Source of the DNA: Promethearchaeia archaeon
GTDB lineage: Archaea; Asgardarchaeota; Lokiarchaeia; Sigyniarchaeales; SOKP01
DNA length: 56,235 nt
Assembly: GCA_029856145.1 (NCBI GenBank)
Contig: JAHQWK010000006.1
Coordinates: 1 to 56,235 of the forward strand
Reading direction: 5' to 3'
Shown: in pieces, positions 18,666 through 28,510 of the stretch
Numbering within the stretch: the first letter of the stretch is position 1
How the letters are laid out: every line of letters starts with the position of its first letter
The notes under the pieces: model-generated
Databases searched by the model: none
What the model was told of the DNA's origin: nothing
Seen by the model: the letters and a program-made list of their open reading frames with translations, nothing else
Position numbers and translations under genes: made by a program

Positions 18666-19661
18666 TTATACATAATGAGTCTGACTTGCTATCATGTCCG
18701 CAGTATGTATTAGAGTAGCCAGTTCATTCATTTCTATGGGATAATACTTACTCCATTGACCATGATGGAAAATTATTGCTTTATACATTTCATCATCAAA
18801 AAATAATACAAGACTATGCTTCTTAAGCACTGCTATTGCCTCTTCTACATGATAATCCCTTCCTTCGTAGTTAAACCTGCTTATAATATCTTCATGTACT
18901 ACATTTAATTCTGCACGATCTACTGCAATTTTGGATATTATGTCTTTTTTTTTAAAAGAATAATATGAGATTTTTCCAAAATCGTGATAGATAGCAGTTA
19001 AAATTGCTTTTTTAATATCGACATTGTAATCTTTAGATTTACCTAGTAAATAGGTATAATTTGTTACCAATAAAATATGATCAAATAAACCTCCTTCATA
19101 ACCTCCATGAAATCCTCTCAATGCAGCAGGTAATCTTTTAGCCTCCATTAAAATTTCTTTTAAAAATTCTCTCGTAGCATCTTCAAGTCCAGAAAGATCA
19201 AAAAAATAATCAAATCCTTTATATTCAAAATCTAATTGATTTTTAAGATCTTTATTTACAAAATGGTTCATATCATGTAAATCAATTTTTGTACCTTGAG
19301 CCTGCTTATATATTTTCGAATTAAATTCAGTTAATAGCCTAATAGCAAACTCATGATCCTGATGATTCAAAATGAGAAAAAATTTCGCAATATGCTTACA
19401 AAATTTATTATTAGGTTTTTTTCTTGACAAAAAGTCAGGGCAATTATGAGTAATAACATCAAAAGAATTTTTTTTTGAAATATCTATTGTTAATTTATAA
19501 GGAACTATTTTATTTCCTTGAATTTCAGCTTCAATTAAACCAATTTCTTTATTGGTTTTTAAAATTCTTATACAATTATTTGAAACTGACTCTGCTCGAG
19601 TTAATGTATTCCTATCTGTAAAATTTTTGATTAAATCTTCAAAATCCTTTTCTTCTAGCAT
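18666..19661 (-). CDS. SWIM-type Zn finger + HD-domain phosphohydrolase fusion
   Basis: HNCPDF...FCKHI; HGGYEGGLFDH, YHDFGK, FHHG, HTADMIAS. Confidence 0.8.
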   Translation of the reverse strand: MLEEKDFEDLIKNFTDRNTLTRAESVSNNCIRILKTNKEIGLIEAEIQGNKIVPYKLTIDISKKNSFDVITHNCPDFLSRKKPNNKFCKHIAKFFLILNHQDHEFAIRLLTEFNSKIYKQAQGTKIDLHDMNHFVNKDLKNQLDFEYKGFDYFFDLSGLEDATREFLKEILMEAKRLPAALRGFHGGYEGGLFDHILLVTNYTYLLGKSKDYNVDIKKAILTAIYHDFGKISYYSFKKKDIISKIAVDRAELNVVHEDIISRFNYEGRDYHVEEAIAVLKKHSLVLFFDDEMYKAIIFHHGQWSKYYPIEMNELATLIHTADMIASQTHYV

Positions 19662-19782
19662 TATTTATCATATTAGGTATAAAAATTATTTAAAATAGTA
19701 GTCCCTAATTAATTTAAGTTTTTAAACCAAAAAAAATTAAATAATCATATCCTTATTATCTTAAAAAATAAAGGTGTGAAAT

Positions 19783-19989
19783 TTGAGTATTGATGAGTTA
19801 CAAGAACAAGTTGATAAGTTACTTGAGGAAATGGATGAACTTCAGGAAGTTTGTGATACTTTAGAGAAATGTGAAGACCCAGATAGTTGTTCAACATGCG
19901 AAACTAATACAAAAATTGAAGAACTTGAGAAAAAAGTTGAAGAACTTGAAAACAAAGTTGAGAAATTAATGAGAGAAGAAGAAGAATAA
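19783..19989 (+). CDS. Small acidic coiled-coil protein with central four-Cys cluster
   Basis: Heptad repeats flanking C-x5-C-x5-C-x2-C; GGTG upstream of a TTG start. Confidence 0.65.
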   Translation: MSIDELQEQVDKLLEEMDELQEVCDTLEKCEDPDSCSTCETNTKIEELEKKVEELENKVEKLMREEEE

Positions 19990-20222
19990 AATTCTCTCAT
20001 ATCCAAATTATAACTACTACATTTTGTTTTATTCTATTTATTTCTTATCATTTTTTCTACTTAATCATTTTATTTGAAACCTTTTCAGCTTTTTGAAAAT
20101 AAAAGTAATATAAAAAATTTGAACAAACTTTATTATGGAATAGTAAGTTATATTTAAAGTGTATATTTATCTTAGAAATTAAATTAGACCAAAAAAAAAT
20201 AATAAAAAAAGTTATAGGGTAG

Positions 20223-21527
20223 ATGGTTATGTCTGAAAAAAGAAGATTTAAGGTACAGGCAATAAAGGACGAAATTCTCGAAAAATTCAATCTTAAAAAT
20301 CGATATGCGTTTCTGAATAATAATCTGACCGCAATTTTATCACAAAAAGAATTTAATTTTCTACGTGAAGTTCAGCGTTTTTGTTTGCGTTATGAGAAGA
20401 AACATAACATAATTCACGGTCCTGACGAAGATATTTATGATTGGATACCAGATTTTGGCGAAAAAGGGTATATTACACGTCAACACTCATTTGACATAGT
20501 TGATGTGGTTTATGAAGATTGGGGCTTAGCAGCAGATTTCATGAGACAGTTAGCAATCGATATGTTTGATCCACAATTTGGTATGGGTGGCGGAGCAACT
20601 GTTCTCGCGATTAACCCTGTTTATGAACATCACGATAATGTTCCTGAACGATTAGAAGCGTTAAAAGATTTGGTGACTGGAAAATCTCCTGGTGCAATCC
20701 TCATTACTGAACCAGAAAGAGGATCGGATGCGGTTCACCAATTATCAACATGCGATGAGCAGGAAGATGGTTCTTTTATTTTGAATGGTACCAAAATCTA
20801 TAACACAAATGCTCCCAAATCTAAATGGGTAGTTGCCTATGCTACTGCGGAAAAAAACAACGGAAATTTAATGGCTCAATTTTTAATTAATACCAACTGG
20901 GATGGATTTGAAGTTGAACGAGTAAATATACCATGGGTTCCTAAATTGTTCCTCGGAAAGGAATATTTCAAAAATCTCAGAGTTCCAAAAGAATATGTAT
21001 TAGCGCCGGTAGGTAAAGGAAGGGAGCATATGTTTGAAGGTTTGGTTCCAGAGAGAATTGCCATTGCTATGATGAGTATAGCAGAGTGTTGGGGTGCTTT
21101 AACATATGCCGTGATCTATGCCAATAATAGAAAGCAATTCGATCAGGAAATCTTAAAATTTCAAGGAGTTGGTTTCTTACTTGCAGATTTATGGGCAAAG
21201 ACAACTAATTTGACAATCGGGCTTTTAAAGTTCTGTGAAAGCTTCGATGAGAAATATATTAAGTTTGAAGGAAATATTCCTAAAAATATATCTCAAGCAA
21301 TGGTTGCAAGTGCTTCTCAATTCAAATACCAATCTACAGCATTGTCAAAAGAAGTTTGTTATGAAACTGCGAATGTGATGGGGGGTGCAGGGTTATGTGA
21401 TAATACCATGATGCACGATTACCTAAATATTTCACGGATTCAGGAAATCGTAGGTGGCTCAAGACAAATTCAGCAATATATAATGTCGATGGCGTTGAGA
21501 CAACTATACAAGATGTCAGTTTCATAA
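20223..21527 (+). CDS. Acyl-CoA dehydrogenase family protein (paralog A)
   Basis: ITEPERGSDA, LNGTKIYNTN, RKQFDQEILKFQGV, MGGAG, EIVGGSRQIQ. Confidence 0.92.
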   Translation: MVMSEKRRFKVQAIKDEILEKFNLKNRYAFLNNNLTAILSQKEFNFLREVQRFCLRYEKKHNIIHGPDEDIYDWIPDFGEKGYITRQHSFDIVDVVYEDWGLAADFMRQLAIDMFDPQFGMGGGATVLAINPVYEHHDNVPERLEALKDLVTGKSPGAILITEPERGSDAVHQLSTCDEQEDGSFILNGTKIYNTNAPKSKWVVAYATAEKNNGNLMAQFLINTNWDGFEVERVNIPWVPKLFLGKEYFKNLRVPKEYVLAPVGKGREHMFEGLVPERIAIAMMSIAECWGALTYAVIYANNRKQFDQEILKFQGVGFLLADLWAKTTNLTIGLLKFCESFDEKYIKFEGNIPKNISQAMVASASQFKYQSTALSKEVCYETANVMGGAGLCDNTMMHDYLNISRIQEIVGGSRQIQQYIMSMALRQLYKMSVS

Positions 21528-21653
21528 CTTAAATTAATACCTTTTTATTTTCTTCTATTTTATCATTTTAATAAAAAAATAGTTGACTTGTCAAAGCATT
21601 CACAAAAACCATTGTCAAATCTATTAATGAAACTTAAATCGAATTATTACGAG

Positions 21654-21863
21654 TTATTCTGCACTAAATATTTGATTAAGAAACGTAAAGAAAAAAAATA
21701 CCGCAAAAAATAGTAAAATAACTAGAGTAATACTAAAAATCTGAGGTACAATCAAACTTCTAACTTCTGGAATTGAGAAAACATAATAAGCAGAAATAAA
21801 CGCTAGTACGAAAAAAATTGTGAATGTTAAGTCTATATAAATGTGCTTTTTTCGCTCGTTCAC
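21654..21863 (-). CDS. Small two-TM membrane protein
   Basis: 69-aa ORF, two hydrophobic helices, lies between the ACAD paralogs. Confidence 0.5.
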   Translation of the reverse strand: MNERKKHIYIDLTFTIFFVLAFISAYYVFSIPEVRSLIVPQIFSITLVILLFFAVFFFFTFLNQIFSAE

Positions 21864-21956
21864 GATAACTATTAATCTAATTTAACTATAAAAATGTTTT
21901 GAAATTAAGGATACCTGCTTATCTTATATCCTGAGACAAAATTAAAAAAAAGAGAG

Positions 21957-23240
21957 TTAGAGCATTTTAAACAGTTGTCTCAACGCCATCGACATTATAT
22001 ATTGCTGAATTTGTCTTGAGCCACCTACGATTTCTTGAATTCTCGAGATGTTTACATAATCGTGCATTAATGTATTATCTGATAATCCAGCTCCTCCCAT
22101 TAAATTCGCAGCTTCATAGCAAACCTCTTTTGAGAGGTTGGTACAATGATACTTAAATTGACTTGCTGACGCGACCATTGCTCTTGAAATGTTAGCTGGG
22201 ATGTGACCTTCGAATTTTTCCATCTTTTTGTCATACTCCTCGCAGAACTTCAGCAATCCGAGTGTTAAATTGGTTGTTTTAGCCCAGAGGTCAGTAAGTA
22301 AAAATCCTACACCTTGGAATTTTAAGATTTCCTGATCGAATTGCTTTCTCATGTTAGCATAAATCGCTGCGTGAGATACTGCCCCCCAACATTGGGAAAT
22401 AGCACCATAAGCAATACCAATCCGTTCAGGTACTAATCCTTCAAACATATGCTCCCTTCCTTTACCAACAGGTCCCAAGATATATTCCTTTGGTACTCTA
22501 AGATTTTCGAACCACTCATGACCCAAATATAGTTTTGGGACATAAGGAATATTTACTCGATCACACTTCCACCCATCCCAGTTGGTATTAATTAAAAATT
22601 GAGCCATTAAATTTCCGTTGTTTTTTTCTGCAGTAGCATAGGCAACAGCCCATTTTGCTTTAGGAGCATTCGTATTGTAAACTTTTTCGCCATTTAGGAG
22701 ATAACTGCCATCTTCCTGCTCATCGCATGTTGTTAATTGGTGAACTGCATCGGAACCTCTTTCTGGTTCAGTTATACAAATACATCCTGATTCTCGGCCT
22801 GTAACGAGATCTTTCAATGACTTTAATCGCCCAGTAATATTTTCATGGTGATCGTGAATGGGATTAATTGCTAATACTGTAGCACCAATAGCCATACCAA
22901 ATTGTGTATCAAAACTATCTAGAGCAAGAGTTCTAAGGAAATCTGCTACAGCACCATAATAATTATAATTGACATCAACCATTTCAAAATTATATGCTCT
23001 TGTAACATATCCTTCTGCTCCAAATGTGGGAATCCAGTCATATACATCTTCTTCAGGGCCATGTGTAATCCCATTTTTCTTTTCGAATCTCACGCAAAAT
23101 TTTTGAACACTTTTGAAGAAATTAAACTGCTCTGGCGCCAAAATTGCCATTAAATTATTGTTTATGAAATTATATCGATTTTTAAGACTTAATTTATCTA
23201 AAATCTCGTCATTTATTACTTGGTCTATAAACCTTGGCAT
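21957..23240 (-). CDS. Acyl-CoA dehydrogenase family protein (paralog B)
   Basis: Same ACAD motifs as 20223-21527; colinear paralog in inverted orientation. Confidence 0.92.
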   Translation of the reverse strand: MPRFIDQVINDEILDKLSLKNRYNFINNNLMAILAPEQFNFFKSVQKFCVRFEKKNGITHGPEEDVYDWIPTFGAEGYVTRAYNFEMVDVNYNYYGAVADFLRTLALDSFDTQFGMAIGATVLAINPIHDHHENITGRLKSLKDLVTGRESGCICITEPERGSDAVHQLTTCDEQEDGSYLLNGEKVYNTNAPKAKWAVAYATAEKNNGNLMAQFLINTNWDGWKCDRVNIPYVPKLYLGHEWFENLRVPKEYILGPVGKGREHMFEGLVPERIGIAYGAISQCWGAVSHAAIYANMRKQFDQEILKFQGVGFLLTDLWAKTTNLTLGLLKFCEEYDKKMEKFEGHIPANISRAMVASASQFKYHCTNLSKEVCYEAANLMGGAGLSDNTLMHDYVNISRIQEIVGGSRQIQQYIMSMALRQLFKML

Positions 23241-23426
23241 TGTTTTTACCCCACTTTTTAATCCTTTAAATTTTTAAGATAATTAATTATACTAGGGAAA
23301 AAGTGCATTAACTTTTTAATTTATGGAAAACGATACTACGATATTCAAAATATCACATATCTTTTTAAAAAATCTTTATATGAAATGGATAATAATGATC
23401 GATTTCTAGATAAAAGCACATTAAAT

Positions 23427-24179
23427 TCAACAAATTAGTTTCTGTATTCTATTTGAAAACCGTTTTGAAATGATTAACCCTGTCTCGAATGGGCAATTAC
23501 TTTTGAATTGGATCACTGAAATAAAATGTTGATCAATTCCTGTTAAAGAAAGTACGCCAAAATTTTCCAAAGAGATAAGTTCATTTACTCTATAATTTCC
23601 AGAAATAAATCGTCCTTCTAATAGTCTAATTATTTCAGAAAGAATATTTGGTTCTAGTGAAGAAACAATTATCCTTCCGGTTTGGGTTAAAAGAGCGGAA
23701 GATACAACAGAAGAAGAAAATGTATGTAATTCATTAAAAATATTTAATAGTTCTTTCTTAATTTCATCTGACACTAGTTGACCATGATTTTCCATTATTT
23801 CATTTATGTTTTTCTCAAACTCAAAAAACTTTGATATTTCACCATCGAAATTGTTGGTAAGTAAGGTAAGATCATACTTATTTATAAACTGTTTCTTAAT
23901 TTCTCTCAGTTGATTTCTAAGCTCGACAAGGTTGTCGGTTCGATCGCTAAAGAGAGCAAATAATAATTCATCATTTCCTATTTTTTCTATTTCAAATATG
24001 AACCTAAAAAGACCAACTTCAATTTCAGATAATTCTTCAGTTTTTAATGTCTGTTTTACAAACGAGAAAATCGCGCTTAAGAAACTGCTTGTTAGCTTTA
24101 TATTAAAAATATCCTCATAAGTTTTATAGAAGATTAATTCACCAGTGTTTCCTTTCATTATGAAGATATTTTTTATCAT
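23427..24179 (-). CDS. Longin-like + Roadblock/LC7 domain protein (Asgard eukaryotic signature type)
   Basis: N-terminal IFIM..TGELIF...LTSSFLSAIFSF longin pattern; C-terminal VVSSALLTQTGRIIVSSL roadblock pattern. Confidence 0.7.
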   Translation of the reverse strand: MIKNIFIMKGNTGELIFYKTYEDIFNIKLTSSFLSAIFSFVKQTLKTEELSEIEVGLFRFIFEIEKIGNDELLFALFSDRTDNLVELRNQLREIKKQFINKYDLTLLTNNFDGEISKFFEFEKNINEIMENHGQLVSDEIKKELLNIFNELHTFSSSVVSSALLTQTGRIIVSSLEPNILSEIIRLLEGRFISGNYRVNELISLENFGVLSLTGIDQHFISVIQFKSNCPFETGLIISKRFSNRIQKLIC

Positions 24180-24392
24180 TTAACTCAGAGATATTTTTTC
24201 AGTGAAAAATATATTCTTTAATTTCTTTAATAATAGTCCATCTATAAAAATTCTTTTATTAATATATTTCTTAGGTAAACGCAACAAACATGCAACAAAA
24301 TCTCTCTAAATTTCTTCAAAAACTTATTCTAAAAATAAAAGTTAGGGTTAATATATCTATAAAGATTTCATTTAGAGAAGTAAAGATTTAAT

Positions 24393-25148
24393 TTAAAACC
24401 CGTCAAATTTTGCCCATTCATCTTCTTCCTCTTCTTCTTCATCGTCAACATATTCTTCAATCTTCTCACTTTTAATACCTTCTGAAATCTCTTCTTCGAA
24501 TTCTTCAAGTTCATCTTCAAAGGATATTGATTTTTCCATATCTGTGGTAGTGTCAGCGGAAACCTTTATTTCTGGAATAGGTCCTTCTACTGGTTTCTTC
24601 TTTTCAACTAACTTCAGGTAATCTCCATGAATCTTAATAGTTATTGGAGTTTCTTCCTGTAAGAGCCTTACGACGACCTCCTCACTTGCACTCGAGTCGT
24701 GAGGCATACGCATAACAACTGCTCTCGAACCTTCGAATACTCCACTTATTATTTCAACGGTATCACCTTCTTCTAAATATTCCGTAACACTTCTTGGCAA
24801 TAATACATGTTTCAATTCAATCAATTTAATATTTTGCACTATTCTTCCTTTAATATGAGGTATTCCTTGCACAGCTATTTGAACATCACGTTTCTGAGGT
24901 GCTTCAAAGAATATATAGCCTGGCAATAAGGGAGAAACAAGCATAGCTCTTATATCTGGAATTACATCTAAGATCTTAAACCTATAAAAAATCTGTTTTA
25001 AAATATTACTTTCTTGATTTATTGTTGTTCTCACTGCAAATAGAGTAGTTAGATCTTCTTTTTCTTCAAGTTCCTCTCTACTAATTACTGTTTCCAAATC
25101 TAACTTTTTATTATCAACTCTCTTTACATCTTCTTCTTGATCGGCCAT
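24393..25148 (-). CDS. spt5: Transcription elongation factor Spt5 (NusG family) with acidic extensions
   Basis: FAVRTTINQE, LPGYIFFEA (NGN domain); KOW motif EEGDTVEIISGVFEGSRAVV. Confidence 0.92.
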   Translation of the reverse strand: MADQEEDVKRVDNKKLDLETVISREELEEKEDLTTLFAVRTTINQESNILKQIFYRFKILDVIPDIRAMLVSPLLPGYIFFEAPQKRDVQIAVQGIPHIKGRIVQNIKLIELKHVLLPRSVTEYLEEGDTVEIISGVFEGSRAVVMRMPHDSSASEEVVVRLLQEETPITIKIHGDYLKLVEKKKPVEGPIPEIKVSADTTTDMEKSISFEDELEEFEEEISEGIKSEKIEEYVDDEEEEEEDEWAKFDGF

Positions 25149-25325
25149 TTTTTCTCACGATTCCTATTTGAATTTGGGTTTTTATAAATTTTTTTTTAGA
25201 AAATAAGTATATAATTGTAAAAGATTACAAAATTAAAAATTTTTGCTTTTTATTAAGCTATCAAGGTGTTTTCTTAATTAGAATTTTTTTTATAATGTAA
25301 ATTGTAGCTTGATGAATTTTAACAA

Positions 25326-25715
25326 CTAGAATGGTATATTATTAATATTTAAAATTTCTGGAATCCTTCTGTTCCTTTCAAGCCAAGAAATCTCATGTTT
25401 CAGATATCTCCATGATATCTCGCATTTACCCATCTTGTCATCAGTTTGCGTCTCCCACTCCCACGGATTCACAATCACAAGATCACCAATCCTTATCCAA
25501 ACCCTCTTTTTGATTTTTCCCCGTATTCTACCAATCCTATGTTTACCATCCTCACAGAAAACTTCCATTCGATCATTTCCAAAAACCCCTACCACGCGAG
25601 CAAACATTTCTCCTAATTTTTTACTAGGGAATTTAACACGGGTAACTACAGGCGGTACATAAGGACCACCTCTCCTTTTACTTTTTGATTTTGATTTTCC
25701 TTTTTTTTTTGCCAT
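25326..25715 (-). CDS. eif1a: Translation initiation factor aIF-1A
   Basis: CEDGKHRIGRIRGKIKKRVWIRIGDLVIVNPW...ISWRY. Confidence 0.95.
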   Translation of the reverse strand: MAKKKGKSKSKSKRRGGPYVPPVVTRVKFPSKKLGEMFARVVGVFGNDRMEVFCEDGKHRIGRIRGKIKKRVWIRIGDLVIVNPWEWETQTDDKMGKCEISWRYLKHEISWLERNRRIPEILNINNIPF

Positions 25716-25744
25716 ACTTAGATACTCTTTTTCAATTTTGTAAT

Positions 25745-26080
25745 TTAGATTTTATCTTCAGGTTTATAATCTCCTTTAATAAATACAACTTTAATTGGTC
25801 TATCAGAATCATTTCTGATATTGTGCATTTCTTTTGGTTCACATAAAAATACACTCCCTTGTGGAGCTTTATACTCTTTATCATCAATTATCATCACGCC
25901 ATTGCCTTCTGCGAAATAAAATGTTTCATCAAGTATATTATGTCCATGAGCTTTATCACCCATCATTTCACCAGGTTTAAGTAAAATAACTCCCCAATCT
26001 ATCGAAGGCCCCCTCATAAGATATTTCACACCAGATTCTCCACCTCTATATTCAAAATCCGTTTCATGAACTTTTTTAAT
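25745..26080 (-). CDS. Cupin-domain protein (start extended to a putative ATT codon)
   Basis: AHGH...DETFYF and EPKEMHNIRN cupin motifs; frame is open 17 codons upstream of the GTG, to an ATT 6 nt after GGTGA. Confidence 0.75.
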   Translation of the reverse strand: MKKVHETDFEYRGGESGVKYLMRGPSIDWGVILLKPGEMMGDKAHGHNILDETFYFAEGNGVMIIDDKEYKAPQGSVFLCEPKEMHNIRNDSDRPIKVVFIKGDYKPEDKI

Positions 26081-26216
26081 TGTAAATCACCAATGGTGTA
26101 ATTATGGTATAAAACAAATTATCTAGAGTAAATTATAAATCTTACCTATTATAAAGAGATTCATAGTTTAATATAATAATTCTCGCGACTTCATAAAAAT
26201 ATAAAAGATAAATTTT

Positions 26217-27404
26217 ATGATTCCTCCTTTCAGTTTTGCCAGAATCCCACATATCCTTTTTGGTGCTGGTAAGTTAATTGAACTTTATGATTTTATTCCA
26301 AAATTTGGAAATAATGTCTTATTTGTTATTGGAGGGAGTTCACTAAAACAATCAGGTAACTGGAACAAGATTACTTCTAACCTTGAGAATAAATCAATCA
26401 ATTTTTCATTAGTTTCTATTTCAGGGGAACCATCTCCAACTGTTATTGATGAAATTGTAGCAAAATTTAGAAATAAAAATCTCAAACTAATTGTTGGCAT
26501 TGGTGGAGGGAGTGTTACTGACGCAGGAAAAGCAATTTCTGCTATGCTAACAAAAGATGATTCAATTAAAAATTATCTTGAAGGTATTGGCACTAAAATT
26601 CACGATGGTAAGAAAATACATTATATTGCAATCCCTACAACATCAGGAACTGGGAGTGAAGCAACAAAAAATGCAGTTATTAGTGAAATTGGTCCAGATG
26701 GTTTTAAAAAATCACTTCGTCATGATAATTTAATACCAAACATGGCAATTATTGACCCTGAACTTATGATTTCTTGTCCACCATCGGTTTCAGCGGCTTG
26801 TGGAATGGATGCTTTCACACAACTACTTGAAGCATATGTATCTTCAAAAGCGAGTCCTATTACAGATGCTCTAGCTTATAGTGGAATGAAATTCATGAGT
26901 GAAAATATCCTATTAGCATGCTCTACCGGTGCGTCTGATGTGAATGCCCGAGGGGCAATGGCATATGGTTCATTATTGTCCGGAATTGTTCTTGCTAATG
27001 CGGGTTTAGGAATTATTCATGGATTAGCATCCCCGATTGGAGGTTTCTTCAAAATACCTCATGGAGTAGTATGTGGTACTCTTCTAGCTGAAGCAACTAA
27101 AGTGAATATTGAAATTTTGCAAAAACAAGGACTAGAAGGAAAACTTGGGTTAAAAAAACATGCACAAATAGGAGCATTATTAACAGGTGAACATCATGTG
27201 GAAGCAAATAAGATCCTTGACTATTGTTATACATTAATAGAAGTGCTTGAAAATTGGACCGAAAATTTAAAGATTGATCGATTAGGAAAATATGGTATTG
27301 AAGAAAAAGATATTGATAAAATAGTAGAAAGTGCAGGATTAAAGAACAATCCAGTTAAGTTAAACAAAGAAAGCATTAAGAATATATTACTTAAGAGATT
27401 ATAA
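26217..27404 (+). CDS. Iron-containing alcohol dehydrogenase
   Basis: GGGSVTDAGK, IPTTSGTGSEAT, DAFTQLLEAY, HGLAS...HGVVC. Confidence 0.93.
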   Translation: MIPPFSFARIPHILFGAGKLIELYDFIPKFGNNVLFVIGGSSLKQSGNWNKITSNLENKSINFSLVSISGEPSPTVIDEIVAKFRNKNLKLIVGIGGGSVTDAGKAISAMLTKDDSIKNYLEGIGTKIHDGKKIHYIAIPTTSGTGSEATKNAVISEIGPDGFKKSLRHDNLIPNMAIIDPELMISCPPSVSAACGMDAFTQLLEAYVSSKASPITDALAYSGMKFMSENILLACSTGASDVNARGAMAYGSLLSGIVLANAGLGIIHGLASPIGGFFKIPHGVVCGTLLAEATKVNIEILQKQGLEGKLGLKKHAQIGALLTGEHHVEANKILDYCYTLIEVLENWTENLKIDRLGKYGIEEKDIDKIVESAGLKNNPVKLNKESIKNILLKRL

Positions 27405-27431
27405 GTATGAAATCATTACGGTTATGAGTCT

Positions 27432-27947
27432 CTATAACTTTTTTATAAGTTCTTTTGCTAGCAACTCAAAAGCTAATTGAACGTTTTCTCCTGTTTTTGA
27501 AGAAATTTTTAAATAATTAAAAAAACCATAATTCTCCTTAAGTTTTAATGCAAAATCGTCATCAATAGTAATTTGATCTTTCAAGTCTAATTTTGTTCCT
27601 AAGAATATGATAGGGTTATCAGGATTCTCCTGTCTACAAATGTCAACCCATTGTCCAATTTGTTCTAAACTTGATGGTCTGGTGAGATCAAAGAGTATTA
27701 AGGCACCTCTGGCACCTTTTGCATAATTTTTTAATAGAGGTCTAAAATGCTCCTGACCACCAAAATCCCATACTTGGAGTAAAATTTTATTCCCTTCTAT
27801 GTTAAGTTCTTTTAAAAAAAATTCAACTCCGATTGTCATACGTGTGTCAGCGAGAAATCTGCCTTCAATATACCGATAAAGGAGTGTTGTTTTCCCAACA
27901 CCGCCCTCTCCCGCTGTAACGACCTTTAAAAGTATAGATTTTGGCAC
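27432..27947 (-). CDS. Rab-like small GTPase
   Basis: GEGGVGKT, TIGVEF, WDFGGQEHF, TKLD, ISSK. Confidence 0.92.
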   Translation of the reverse strand: MPKSILLKVVTAGEGGVGKTTLLYRYIEGRFLADTRMTIGVEFFLKELNIEGNKILLQVWDFGGQEHFRPLLKNYAKGARGALILFDLTRPSSLEQIGQWVDICRQENPDNPIIFLGTKLDLKDQITIDDDFALKLKENYGFFNYLKISSKTGENVQLAFELLAKELIKKL

Positions 27948-28066
27948 AGTGTTTCCTCAATTTCATAAATAAATAAAATTTTAGATTATATATTAATCTA
28001 AGAATTACAAGAGTATAAACATTTTTTATTGAAATTTTAAAATGTATTAATTATTTTATATTTTTT

Positions 28067-28510
28067 TTAAGCTCTGTCAATGGATAAATATTTCTTTTGT
28101 CTCAAAAATATTGTATTAATCTTAATTATTTTTGCTTTTTTACGCAATTCTGAATCATTTGTCGCCAGATATATGTTTTGATTTTCCAATTTTAAGTTTT
28201 TTAACATTCTTAGTATAAAATCATCAGTAGTTTCATTTTCTTTTTTGATATACTCCAAGATTCCAATATTATACTTTTGCTTATTTTTTTCTAGGTATAA
28301 TAACCCTGATTCAAGGAACCTTTTAAAATTAGTAGCTCTCGGGTCCCTCTTTCTTTTCGATTCTAATTCATTAAGAATTTGTTGATATATTATAAATCTT
28401 AAGTTTCCTTCAATTTTTAATCGAATTTCATCAAAATAATCTATTTTAAATTGAAAAGGAAGTAAAATGAAATTAGAATCGATTACAACTAAATTCTTAT
28501 TGGATTTCAA
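28067..28510 (-). CDS. PIN-domain ribonuclease, Fcf1/Utp24-like
   Basis: VVIDSNFILLPFQFKID, ILNELE, TDDFIL, LATNDSELRKKA...IFLRQKKYL. Confidence 0.85.
   Translation of the reverse strand: MKSNKNLVVIDSNFILLPFQFKIDYFDEIRLKIEGNLRFIIYQQILNELESKRKRDPRATNFKRFLESGLLYLEKNKQKYNIGILEYIKKENETTDDFILRMLKNLKLENQNIYLATNDSELRKKAKIIKINTIFLRQKKYLSIDRA

Noticed and set aside
20057-20290. 77-aa minus-strand ORF
   Set aside because: It overlaps the ACAD start and its AT-rich promoter region; the F/I/N/K-rich composition is typical of a spurious frame.
21583-21594. TTGAC-N2-GTCAA palindrome between convergent genes
   Set aside because: Short, single, and located at gene 3' ends; not enough to call an operator.
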